DNA of 45,248 nucleotides from a virus (Duplodnaviria; Heunggongvirae; Uroviricota; Caudoviricetes): IMG/VR virus record IMGVR_UViG_2529293151_000014; one strand, 5' to 3'. Shown piece by piece: positions 36,721 to 45,248 of this stretch (position 1 is its first letter; each line of letters starts with the position of its first letter). The notes under the pieces were generated by a model. It saw only the letters and a program-made list of their open reading frames with translations, ran no database searches and was not told where the DNA came from. The position numbers and the translations under genes were made by a program.

Positions 36721-36781
36721 CAATGATGGCATATTGCTATTTATATTCAATGATGGCATATTGCTTTCAAGGCATAATGCC
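36721..36781. promoter_or_regulatory. Operator/promoter region of the immI-like cassette (tandem repeats plus palindrome)
   Basis: Exact 18-bp direct repeat CAATGATGGCATATTGCT at 36721-36738 and 36748-36765, followed by the perfect palindrome GGCATAATGCC (36771-36781), between the divergent mnt-like and arc-like genes. Confidence 0.55.
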
Positions 36782-36803
36782 ATTACGTAAAAAGGAGTGA
36801 TCA

Positions 36804-36965
36804 ATGGAAAAGAATGAAGTGAAGACAACTCTTCGGTATCCGTACCGTTTTAAGGAGGAGGTGAAACGCATCGCTAAGGAAGAGGGGATGTCAGAAAACT
36901 CAGTGTTGGTTCAGGGACTTGCTTGGTGGTTGAAGTACCGGGAGAAAATGCGGAATGCTCTCTAA
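36804..36965 (+). CDS. arc: Arc-like ribbon-helix-helix repressor (53 aa)
   Basis: Below the track cut-off. ATG 36804 with SD AAAGGAG 6 nt upstream; product MEKNEVKTTLRYPYRFKEEVKRIAKEEGMSENSVLVQGLAWWLKYREKMRNAL shows a beta-strand plus two-helix RHH pattern like P22 Arc. Confidence 0.55.
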   Translation: MEKNEVKTTLRYPYRFKEEVKRIAKEEGMSENSVLVQGLAWWLKYREKMRNAL

Positions 36966-37036
36966 AAATAACGAAGCCCCGACAGCGGGAACTGGCGAGG
37001 CTTCTACATCAACAAATCTGATCGGGAAATATTGAC

Positions 37037-37915
37037 ATGAAAAGTATAGCAAAGGCACAAAACGATTTCACCATCTTCAAATTCGGCGACAGTGAAATCC
37101 GCGTCATCAACAAGTGCGGTGAGCCGTGGTTTGTAGCAAAAGATGTTTGTGATGCTTTAACCCTGACTAACTCACGCAAGGCGCTTACTGCACTTGATGA
37201 CGATGAGAAGGGAGTAACTTTAAGTTACACCCTTGGTGGTGAGCAGAATTTAAGCATTGTGAGCGAATCAGGTATGTATACATTGGTTTTGCGCTGCCGC
37301 GATGCCGTCAATAAAGGTTCAGTCCCGCACAAATTCCGCAAGTGGGTAACAGCAGAAGTTCTGCCTTCAATTCGCAAATATGGCGAGTATGTGAAAGGCA
37401 AGAAAACCACAGTTGAGGAAAGAACACCGCTACGCGATGCAGTAAACATGCTGGTAGGAAAGAAAGGACTTCGCTATGACGATGCATACAATATGGTTCA
37501 TCAGCGTTTTGGTATTGACAGCATTGATGAACTTTCAATTGAACAAATCCCGCAAGCCGTAGAGTACATCCACAGGGTAGTGCTTGAAGGTGAGTTCATT
37601 GGCAAGCAAGAGAAGAAAGCAAACGAGCTTTCTGCAAAAGAAGCAAACAGCCTTGTATGGTTATGGGATTATGCCAACCGCTCACAGGCATTATTCCGCG
37701 AACTGTATCCGGCGCTAAAGCACATTCAATCAAACTATTCTGGCAGGTGCTACGACTACGGCCATGAGTTCTCGTATGTTATCGGAACGGCGAGAGACGT
37801 TTTAATCAACCACACACGAGATGTTGATATCAATGAGCCAGACGGACCAACAAATCTTTCCGCATGGATAAGGCTTAAGAATAAAGAATTGCCGCCTTCT
37901 GTTCATCTGTATTAA
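37037..37915 (+). CDS. ant: Antirepressor Ant (Bro-N-type N-terminal domain)
   Basis: 292-aa ORF with N-terminus ...[47 protein letters not shown] typical of Bro-N/antirepressor proteins; lies downstream of the arc-like gene as in P22 immI. Confidence 0.85.
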   Translation: MKSIAKAQNDFTIFKFGDSEIRVINKCGEPWFVAKDVCDALTLTNSRKALTALDDDEKGVTLSYTLGGEQNLSIVSESGMYTLVLRCRDAVNKGSVPHKFRKWVTAEVLPSIRKYGEYVKGKKTTVEERTPLRDAVNMLVGKKGLRYDDAYNMVHQRFGIDSIDELSIEQIPQAVEYIHRVVLEGEFIGKQEKKANELSAKEANSLVWLWDYANRSQALFRELYPALKHIQSNYSGRCYDYGHEFSYVIGTARDVLINHTRDVDINEPDGPTNLSAWIRLKNKELPPSVHLY

Positions 37916-37999
37916 TGACGCATCTGGCGGTGAAAAAAAACCGCCAGTGTGCTGCTGGCGGCCTATGTCACACCCTTACTACCACATAAGGAATGCCTA

Positions 38000-38725
38000 A
38001 TGACTTTTAAGAATGTAGCAAACATCGGATCCGTTGTCACGGATAAAACCATTGACAGCCAAAGTCTTCTGATGATGGTTAATGAAGCTCGCAAGTTATG
38101 TGGAGAGCCATCAGTACGTAACAACAAATTCATCGAGAAAATTGAGGATGAATTGGAAGGCGAGACCTACACAAAAAGTGTAGGTCGGAAAAACGGGGCT
38201 GACATTGATGTTATCTCCATGACTATCAAGCAGGCGCTTCGTGTTGCTGCTCGCGAATCTAAAGCAGTTCGCCGAACACTTGTAGACAAACTTGAAAGTA
38301 TGCAAGAAGCGCACATTAAAAGCGGTAAATCAGCGAGTGGACTTGTTGAGTATCGTCAAGCGCTAACACTGAAAATGACGGTTGAAGCTGTTACCAATCT
38401 GTTCGATTTGATGCCAAATCTTGCGCCGGAAGCAAAGCAGACTGCTGCAGCAAGCATAATCAACCCGCTCGTTGGTTTTAATGCAATACCTCTTCCGGCA
38501 ATAGAAGAGCATTACTACTCAGCAGGGGAGGTTGCAGAGCAGCTTGGAGTAACGGCCAACAAGATTGGTCGCATTGCTAACGCAAACAACCTCAAAACTG
38601 AGCAGTACGGGAAGTTCTTCCTGGATAAATCTGCGCATTCCAGCAAACAGGTGGAAGCATTCCGCTACAATGCGGAAGGTGTTAAAGCACTAGAACACCT
38701 GGTTCATGGGAGTAATGTTGCATAA
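38000..38725 (+). CDS. Hypothetical phage regulatory protein (antirepressor-like C-terminal region)
   Basis: ATG at 38000 with SD AAGGA (the track ORF starts upstream at 37949). 241-aa product MTFKNVANIGSVVTDKTIDSQSLLMMVNEARKLCGEPS...; function not assigned. Confidence 0.7.
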   Translation: MTFKNVANIGSVVTDKTIDSQSLLMMVNEARKLCGEPSVRNNKFIEKIEDELEGETYTKSVGRKNGADIDVISMTIKQALRVAARESKAVRRTLVDKLESMQEAHIKSGKSASGLVEYRQALTLKMTVEAVTNLFDLMPNLAPEAKQTAAASIINPLVGFNAIPLPAIEEHYYSAGEVAEQLGVTANKIGRIANANNLKTEQYGKFFLDKSAHSSKQVEAFRYNAEGVKALEHLVHGSNVA

Positions 38726-38946
38726 TGGCAAAGAAAAAATATGGCATTATGCCGCCAAGAATCAAAGGAAGAGCCAGGGTAAAAGGCGATGCTGGAAGGT
38801 ATCACATTCTTGGAGTTCTGTGGCATGAGAGAGCTTTAATTTTAAGTAGACCTCATGGGTATATTGAAAAGGTATCTATAGATAGAATTGAGATTCTTCC
38901 CCTTACTCCTGAAGAAGAAGAAACGTACGGACTTTTTGATAACTAG
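38725..38946 (+). CDS. Hypothetical protein (73 aa)
   Basis: ATG overlaps the upstream stop; basic N-terminus MAKKKYGIMPPRIKGRARVKG. Followed by a strong terminator. Confidence 0.6.
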   Translation: MAKKKYGIMPPRIKGRARVKGDAGRYHILGVLWHERALILSRPHGYIEKVSIDRIEILPLTPEEEETYGLFDN

Positions 38947-38957
38947 CCAATTCACTA

Positions 38958-38984
38958 AACCCAGCTTCGGCTGGGTTTTTGTTT
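38958..38984 (+). terminator. Rho-independent terminator
   Basis: Hairpin AACCCAGC-TTCG-GCTGGGTT followed by TTTTTGTTT. Confidence 0.65.
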
Positions 38985-38996
38985 AATGGAGAGTAG

Positions 38997-39812
38997 ATGA
39001 GCATAATCGATTTAAACACAGCAGACATATTCAATGCTATCGGTGGTGGCTCTCCGCTTTCGATCATCGACAGCGTTCTGCATCCCCAGTATGTGATTCG
39101 TGACAGGGAAACTGGCGAGGTTGCTCTTGAGTTCAGTGGTATGGCATCCGTACAGCCAAGTGGAAGGGCGCAAATAACAAACGCCCCGGTGGAGAAAGGG
39201 AAATACCAGTCCATCAACAAAGTCAAAGAACCCGCCCGAGTAAGATGCGCAATCATCGTAAATGGTCTTACTGGTTTTTCCGGCAACATCCCGAATATTT
39301 TCGATCTCACATTCACAAGCCAGAACAGCACGCTGAACACAATCAAAACGATGCTGTCATCAGCAAAAACATACGATATTGAAACGCCAAAGGAAACTCT
39401 GGAGAGTTTCGACCTTGTTGACCACTATTACGAAGTTAACTCTCAAAAATGGGTGACTCTTCTGACGGTTTATCTTGATTTTCAGGAGGTCATTCAGCAA
39501 ATGGAAGTTATTCTCTCTGGATCTCAGTCAGAACAGAAGCCAACGGATAACTATAAGTCACAGGGGGATGTAGGAGTTGATCCGCAAATAACCAATGGCG
39601 GAGCCAGGGAATCTACTGTCGATGAGCTAAGTAAATCATGGTCATCACTGAAGTCATCTGTTGGCGAAATCACTGGAAAAATCTCCGGCACAATAAAGAC
39701 TGAATTTCAGAGCGCTCTTGATACGGTATCCAAACCAATACTCGAAGTTACAAACAGCGCAACAAAAAAAGCGGCAGATATTGCAAAAAATATAGTTAAG
39801 GCGAGTACATGA
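38997..39812 (+). CDS. Tail/baseplate-associated protein
   Basis: 271-aa ORF opening the distal tail/baseplate gene block; function by position only. Confidence 0.75.
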   Translation: MSIIDLNTADIFNAIGGGSPLSIIDSVLHPQYVIRDRETGEVALEFSGMASVQPSGRAQITNAPVEKGKYQSINKVKEPARVRCAIIVNGLTGFSGNIPNIFDLTFTSQNSTLNTIKTMLSSAKTYDIETPKETLESFDLVDHYYEVNSQKWVTLLTVYLDFQEVIQQMEVILSGSQSEQKPTDNYKSQGDVGVDPQITNGGARESTVDELSKSWSSLKSSVGEITGKISGTIKTEFQSALDTVSKPILEVTNSATKKAADIAKNIVKAST

Positions 39813-40111
39813 TTACAGTATCTGTTCTTCCCAGCAAATCTCAGTCCATTTCGGTAAGTCTGGCTGGTCAGCAATGCAATATAAAAATTGTTCAGCGACA
39901 GAGTTTTATGTACATGGATTTAACTGTTAATGAAGTCCCAATTATGCAGGGTGTTCCATGTCTGTATGGGAATAAGATGGTAAGATATTCCTACCTTGGA
40001 TTTAAGGGAGACCTTATTTTCATTGATAATGATGGGGAATCGGACCCGCAATGGGAAGGCTTGGGTAGCCGTTACTTGCTGTATTACATCGAGGAAAACG
40101 AGCTTGTATAA
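39809..40111 (+). CDS. Hypothetical baseplate-module protein
   Basis: 100-aa ORF; ATG overlaps the upstream stop (ATGA). Confidence 0.75.
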   Translation: MITVSVLPSKSQSISVSLAGQQCNIKIVQRQSFMYMDLTVNEVPIMQGVPCLYGNKMVRYSYLGFKGDLIFIDNDGESDPQWEGLGSRYLLYYIEENELV

Positions 40112-40985
40112 AAATCACAGTCTTCGGTTTGACTTCACGAATGAATCATCAGCATTTGATAAAAATGGAAACAATAAAATCTCCATCAGAAATGTTAAGT
40201 CAACAGTATCCCTGAACTTTGTTACCGGTCGGGGAGGTGCTCAGGCTGATATATCTCTTTACGGGTTAGGAATTGAAAGACTTGCTGATATATCAGGGAA
40301 GGCTGATGGTATTGTTGGGGACGGACAGAAGTTAAATGTTGAAGTATTTGCTGATGACTCTCTTGTTTTCTCTGGCGCGATGCTTTCATCAATAGCAAAC
40401 ATGAATTCTGCTCCTGAAAGCAGCCTGATGATAACAGCTTCTTCTAATGTTGATTTGCAGAACATGCCAGCAAGCCCGTTTACAGCACAGGGGGCGCAAA
40501 GTGTTGAAGATGTCATCTCATCCATTTGTGCAAGTGCAGGTTATGAAGCTGTTTTTAATAATGTAAAAGGGATGACAACATCAGGAAGTCCGCATTTTGA
40601 AGGAAGTGTTTTTGAGCAGCTTTATAGGGTCTGTTCAGATTATGGACTGGCGATGTCAGCCACGCCACCGACAAAAGTAGAGTTCTGGCCTTCAGGAAAA
40701 AACAGAGACGATGTAATTCCGTTTATATCCAGAGAATACGGACTTGTTGGATATCCTGTATTTTCAAATGGGGGGCTGATGTTTCAGACGCAATATTCAT
40801 CTCTCCTTTGCATTGGAAGATATGTGGATATCAAAACAGAACTACCACATGCAAGCGGAAGGTATAAGTTAACCTCCGTTCGGCATGAATTATCATCATG
40901 GATGCCAAATGGTTCATGGCACTCAATATGTATTGCCGCCAGAACAGCAGAACAAAGAGCAGAGGCACAACAGAATAATGGATAA
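39996..40985 (+). CDS. Hypothetical baseplate-module protein
   Basis: 329-aa ORF overlapping the upstream gene by about 115 nt in the +1 frame; there is no in-frame start after the upstream stop until far inside the ORF. Start uncertain. Confidence 0.65.
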   Translation: MDLRETLFSLIMMGNRTRNGKAWVAVTCCITSRKTSLYKNHSLRFDFTNESSAFDKNGNNKISIRNVKSTVSLNFVTGRGGAQADISLYGLGIERLADISGKADGIVGDGQKLNVEVFADDSLVFSGAMLSSIANMNSAPESSLMITASSNVDLQNMPASPFTAQGAQSVEDVISSICASAGYEAVFNNVKGMTTSGSPHFEGSVFEQLYRVCSDYGLAMSATPPTKVEFWPSGKNRDDVIPFISREYGLVGYPVFSNGGLMFQTQYSSLLCIGRYVDIKTELPHASGRYKLTSVRHELSSWMPNGSWHSICIAARTAEQRAEAQQNNG

Positions 40986-41670
40986 GCAACTATTTACTCC
41001 AACGCCTGCTCAGGTAAGTGAGGCTCAATCTCAGGAATATATTTTTGAGATGCTGATGTCTGGATATTTCTTCATTGAGTTAGCAAAAGTTCAGGAAGTC
41101 AGGGGTGAGGCACCAGATTTAGTTGTTGATGCTCTTCCTTTGCTTACCAGAACAGACCGTACAGGAAAAATGATTTCCAACTCGGTTTTATATGATATTC
41201 CTGTATGGCGGTTACAGAGAGGTAACAGTGCTGTAATTATGGACCCTGTGGCAGGTGATATTGGTCTGATTGCGGTCTGCGACAAAGACACATCACTGGT
41301 AAGAAAAAATCGTAAAGAATCAGTACCTGGAAGCAAAAGACGACACAGCAAATCTGATGCAATTTATCTTGGTGGGGTATTAAACATTGCGCCTACTCAA
41401 TTCATTGAATTTGCTGATGGTGCAATAAACATAACCACGCCTAATCCACTAAATATTAAATGTTCATCGTTAAATATTGATGCTCCTGGTGGAGTCAAAA
41501 TGAATACACCTTTACTTAAAGTTAGCGGCGATATTCAGGATAACGCAAGTTCACAGTCATCTACTGTTAAAAATTTAAGGAACAATTATAACAATCACAA
41601 ACATTCTGTTTCAGGAGTACAAAGTGGTGGGTCAACAATAAATTCCAATGCAACGGATAAACCGACATGA
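40978..41670 (+). CDS. Putative baseplate central spike/hub protein (gpV-like)
   Basis: ATG at 40978 overlaps the upstream stop (the track ORF starts at 40885). 230-aa product with a C-terminal Ser/Asn-rich low-complexity tail; assignment by size and position in the baseplate block. Confidence 0.65.
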   Translation: MDKQLFTPTPAQVSEAQSQEYIFEMLMSGYFFIELAKVQEVRGEAPDLVVDALPLLTRTDRTGKMISNSVLYDIPVWRLQRGNSAVIMDPVAGDIGLIAVCDKDTSLVRKNRKESVPGSKRRHSKSDAIYLGGVLNIAPTQFIEFADGAINITTPNPLNIKCSSLNIDAPGGVKMNTPLLKVSGDIQDNASSQSSTVKNLRNNYNNHKHSVSGVQSGGSTINSNATDKPT

Positions 41671-42026
41671 CATACAGAACTATGCAACTGGACACTTCTA
41701 CGTGGGACTTGACGCTTGACGGAAATGGCAATCTGGCGATCGCAGAAGAATCATATTCTGTTGCTCAGGATGTCGCCAGTGCGTGCTTGGTGTTTTCTGG
41801 AGAGTGTTATTACGACAATACGCTTGGGATTCCATGGAAGGCAGAAGTTCTTGGCAGGCGACCATCTCCTGGTTTTATTGCTCAGAAAATGCAGGCTGAA
41901 GCACTCAAATTACCTGTCGTTGAGGATGCTCTGGCATCAGTTTTCTTTGACAAGAATACACGCACAACTCGCGGCACAATCCGCGTTACAGATATCAATG
42001 GTAATATTGCACAGGCCACCTTATGA
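41667..42026 (+). CDS. Putative baseplate wedge protein (gp25/GpW-like)
   Basis: 119-aa ORF immediately upstream of the baseplate J-like gene, which is the usual arrangement. Confidence 0.65.
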   Translation: MTYRTMQLDTSTWDLTLDGNGNLAIAEESYSVAQDVASACLVFSGECYYDNTLGIPWKAEVLGRRPSPGFIAQKMQAEALKLPVVEDALASVFFDKNTRTTRGTIRVTDINGNIAQATL

Positions 42027-43252
42027 CGATATTAAATACGGCTGTTCCTGATGTAACCATCACTGAAAACGGTCTTTCAGTTCCCGACATAGCGGATGTG
42101 CTGGCGGGAAGACTTACAGACATGTCAACGGCTCTTGGTGGTGGTGCAAGTCAATCACTGAGTTCACCGCAAGGGCAGATCGCACAGTCTGATACTGAAA
42201 TTATCGCTCAGGAATACGACAAGCTTCTTTGTTTGTTTAATCAAATTAATCCTGACTTTTCAACTGGCAGATTCCAGGACGGGATTGGCCGGATTTACTT
42301 TATGGAACGGATCGCTGCTCAGGGGACAGTTGTTACGGCAACATGCATTGGTCAGGTCGGAACGACAATCCCCGCGGGAAGCACAGCCATTGATACCAAT
42401 GGATATATTTACCGGTCTATCGACATCGCAACAATACCAGCATCAGGAAGCATTGATGTTCAGTTTGTAAATAACACAACCGGACCAATACCCTGTGCAG
42501 CAGGTGCATTAAATCAGATTTACCGTGCAGTATCTGGATGGGATGCGATCACAAACGCGAGCCCAGGCGTTGTTGGCGTTGATGTTGAATCACGTATTGC
42601 ATTTGAAACACGTCGCAAGCAGTCGGTCGCGAGAAATAGCCGCAATCAGGACGCATCGACACTATCTGCCTTGCTGGCTACGAATGGTGTGCTGGATGCC
42701 TATGTATGGTCAAACAGAACTGCAGCCACAGTAAATCAGGGAGCTACTAACTTCCCTGTGGTGGCGCACTCTATTTACATCTGTGTGTATGGTGGAACTG
42801 ATGAGGATGTAGCGGAGTCAATTTTCCAGACGTACAACCCTGGAGCAAATCTGAACGGAGATACCTCGTACACGGTTTACGACAATGTTAACTATCTGCC
42901 TCCATACCCTTCCTATGTAATGCAGTGGCAAAAAGCAACTCCGACGAGGGTTTATTTTAGCGTTGAGCTGGATAGATCTCTTAATCCACCTAGTGATATC
43001 ACATCACAAGTGAAAAGCATGATCGTATCAGTTTTCAATGGTGGTTATGATGGGATCGGGAAGGCAAGGATAGGCTCTACCATTAACGCCGGTAAGTATT
43101 ACGCTCCGGTTATTTCAATATCACCTGACACCGTTGGGATTTTATCACTTGAAGTCTCCATTGATGGATCAGCCTATGGGCCAGCAATAACAATGGGTAT
43201 CGACCAGGTTCCGACAATTCAGGAATCAGATATTACCGTAACTTTATCGTGA
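42023..43252 (+). CDS. Baseplate J-like protein (putative)
   Basis: 409-aa ORF; order and size are consistent with the baseplate J family. Not confirmed by search. Confidence 0.75.
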   Translation: MTILNTAVPDVTITENGLSVPDIADVLAGRLTDMSTALGGGASQSLSSPQGQIAQSDTEIIAQEYDKLLCLFNQINPDFSTGRFQDGIGRIYFMERIAAQGTVVTATCIGQVGTTIPAGSTAIDTNGYIYRSIDIATIPASGSIDVQFVNNTTGPIPCAAGALNQIYRAVSGWDAITNASPGVVGVDVESRIAFETRRKQSVARNSRNQDASTLSALLATNGVLDAYVWSNRTAATVNQGATNFPVVAHSIYICVYGGTDEDVAESIFQTYNPGANLNGDTSYTVYDNVNYLPPYPSYVMQWQKATPTRVYFSVELDRSLNPPSDITSQVKSMIVSVFNGGYDGIGKARIGSTINAGKYYAPVISISPDTVGILSLEVSIDGSAYGPAITMGIDQVPTIQESDITVTLS

Positions 43253-43262
43253 GGGGTGAGGC

Positions 43263-43901
43263 ATGTGGGAAGACACAATACTTACCCAATACTCAGCAAG
43301 TAAAAAATTATTGTCCATCATAGACACATTTAACCAGGCAGTGAGCCTTGATGATTTCACAGATGAATTCATCAAAAAGGTATGGGATTTAACTACCTGC
43401 GAAGCATTCGGGCTTGATATGTGGGGGAAAATTGTTGGCATAAGTAGATATATTGTTGCGCCAATAGATAGCGATTCATTTGGATTTAGTGAAGCAGATG
43501 ATGGGAGTACTGATTACCCGGCGCCATTTAATAATTCTCCGTTTTACGGCGGCATTCAGGAAACAACGAATGTCAGGCTTGGGGATGATGCTTACAGAAC
43601 ATTAATACTCTGCAAGGCTTTTACTAACATCAGTGTGGCAACCATTCCTGATATAAATAAATTTCTTAAAATACTTTTTTATCAACGAGGCAGAGCATAT
43701 TGTGTCAATTACAGAGATATGACCATTGGCATAAATTTTGAGTTCTCACTTGCTCCCTACGAAGAATCGATTTTAACAAATTACGATGTGACTCCTGTAC
43801 CAAGTGGAGTTCAGGTAAATATCAAACAAATTGTAAGCCCATACTTTGGTTTTGCTACAGATGCATATCCATTTAATGACGGCACATTTTATAGGAATTA
43901 A
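43263..43901 (+). CDS. Tail protein (gpI-like position)
   Basis: 212-aa ORF between the baseplate J-like and tail fibre genes. Confidence 0.7.
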   Translation: MWEDTILTQYSASKKLLSIIDTFNQAVSLDDFTDEFIKKVWDLTTCEAFGLDMWGKIVGISRYIVAPIDSDSFGFSEADDGSTDYPAPFNNSPFYGGIQETTNVRLGDDAYRTLILCKAFTNISVATIPDINKFLKILFYQRGRAYCVNYRDMTIGINFEFSLAPYEESILTNYDVTPVPSGVQVNIKQIVSPYFGFATDAYPFNDGTFYRN

Positions 43902-43903
43902 GC

Positions 43904-44803
43904 ATGAATCGTTCTGACTCACCTAAAAAACAACCTAAGCCATTTGGAGTTAATGGACAGAGAGTGGCAATATTGCCAACCACCCCTGCAGGTGATAACT
44001 CAGCATCGTATGAACAGGGGTTTCCTCCAATAACAATGATCCTGAAATCTGCTGGCGGTTTGCCGCCAAAAGGCCAGGATATGAACCAAATTTTATACGA
44101 ACTTTCTGCTCTGGGTAGATGGTCGAGCACCGGTGCGCTGAATACTTTTGATTCTGAATTTGCATCGGAGATTTCTGGATATCCGTCAGGGGCGATGCTC
44201 ATCTCGAACGATGGGGAAAGAATATTCATTAACACAACAGAAGGAAATCTATCCGATCCAAACAGCAATGGTGCCGGGTGGAAAGATGTTTTTTCATACC
44301 TTGGTTTAGGAGAAGCGGCGAAAAGGGATGTGGGCACGACAGTCGGAACCGTTGCCGCTGGTGATGATTTACGCATAACAGGAGCACTTCAAAAGGCAAA
44401 TAATCTTTATGAGTTAACAAATAAATCTGACGCAAGAGCTAATCTTGGGTTAGGAACCGTTGCAACAAAAAACGTGGGAAATAGTGCTGGGCAAATACCT
44501 GATATGTCTTACTGGTCTTCACCGGCAGGCGGAATTAATTTCCCGAATGGATTCCAGATGCGATTCGGTGCTATCGCTGGTAATGGTGAAAAATTATTTT
44601 CTACGCCATTTACAAACCAGTGCTATGGAATTGTTTTCGGACAAACATATACATCCAACTATTGGATATTCAGCCCAATGTACAGAGCGTCAGACCTCAG
44701 TAAAACAGGTTTTGCTTTTATAAATAAGGTATGGTCTGGCGTTCCAGGGACAGCATCCCAGGATGCTGGTGAATCTGTTTTTTATCTTGCAGTAGGGTAT
44801 TAA
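43904..44803 (+). CDS. Tail fibre protein
   Basis: 299-aa ORF with Gly/Ser/Asn-rich beta-type composition (NANLGLGTVATKNVGNSAGQIPD...), followed by a tail fibre assembly gene. Confidence 0.8.
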   Translation: MNRSDSPKKQPKPFGVNGQRVAILPTTPAGDNSASYEQGFPPITMILKSAGGLPPKGQDMNQILYELSALGRWSSTGALNTFDSEFASEISGYPSGAMLISNDGERIFINTTEGNLSDPNSNGAGWKDVFSYLGLGEAAKRDVGTTVGTVAAGDDLRITGALQKANNLYELTNKSDARANLGLGTVATKNVGNSAGQIPDMSYWSSPAGGINFPNGFQMRFGAIAGNGEKLFSTPFTNQCYGIVFGQTYTSNYWIFSPMYRASDLSKTGFAFINKVWSGVPGTASQDAGESVFYLAVGY

Positions 44804-44804
44804 T

Positions 44805-45248
44805 ATGGAAATAGTTTATAGCGCCTCAAATAACAGTTTTTTCGCTAAAAATGATGTGGCGAAATATGAACAGGCCGGATGGGAACTTGCTGATATTGTC
44901 GAAGTGACATATGACACTTACCTGGAATTTATTGAAGACAGAACGTTGCAAGGGAAAGTACGCATCGCGGGTGATGATGGCCTTCCCACCTGGGGGGAAA
45001 TTCCACCGCCAACTCATGAGGAACAAATTGCCGCAGCCGAACTGGAAAAGCAGCAATTGATTAATCAGGTCAACGAATACATATACAGTAAGCAATGGCC
45101 TGGTAAAGCAGCGATTGGTCGCCTGAAAGGTGAGGAACTGGCGCAATATAATTTGTGGCTGGATTATCTGGACGCACTGGAACTGGTCGATACTTCCGGT
45201 GCGCCAGATATTGAATGGCCTGCGCCTCCGGCAGTTCAGGCCAGATGA
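44805..45248 (+). CDS. Tail fibre assembly protein (Tfa-like chaperone)
   Basis: 147-aa ORF MEIVYSASNNSFFAKNDVAKYEQAGWELADIVEVTYDTYLEF... with the Tfa-type N-terminus. Stop codon is the last three bases of the window. Confidence 0.8.
   Translation: MEIVYSASNNSFFAKNDVAKYEQAGWELADIVEVTYDTYLEFIEDRTLQGKVRIAGDDGLPTWGEIPPPTHEEQIAAAELEKQQLINQVNEYIYSKQWPGKAAIGRLKGEELAQYNLWLDYLDALELVDTSGAPDIEWPAPPAVQAR

Overview
The window is essentially one nearly complete, mosaic lambdoid prophage, running from the integrase stop codon at position 1 to the tail-fibre assembly gene stop at 45248. Genes on the minus strand (1-9697) are the leftward early operon: lambda-type int/xis, accessory genes including an AT-rich HNH endonuclease, an SSB plus Rad52-family annealase in place of the lambda Red genes, an N-like antiterminator with nutL, and a P22 C2-type repressor. 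Genes on the plus strand (9778-45248) are cro, a cII-like gene, an O-like initiator with an internal iteron origin, a DnaB-family helicase, a nin region with RusA, lambda-type Q, PR'/tR', lambda-type lysis genes S/R/Rz/Rz1, terminase, a Mu/SPP1-style head module and a contractile-tail/baseplate module. The most notable observations are: (1) a 339-aa intein with a LAGLIDADG endonuclease domain inserted in the Walker A P-loop of the helicase; (2) a putative portal reading frame interrupted by a single in-frame TAG; (3) a canonical T_TTT_TTA -1 frameshift site in the tail assembly chaperone pair; (4) three free-standing HNH endonuclease genes, one inserted between tR' and the holin gene and one directly upstream of terminase; (5) a T5orf172/GIY-YIG-like gene inserted after Rz; and (6) a P22 immI-like mnt-arc-ant cassette inside the tail gene cluster. 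All calls rest on reading the translated ORFs and motifs by eye; no database search was run. No tRNA, rRNA or CRISPR array was found, and the att sites lie outside the window.
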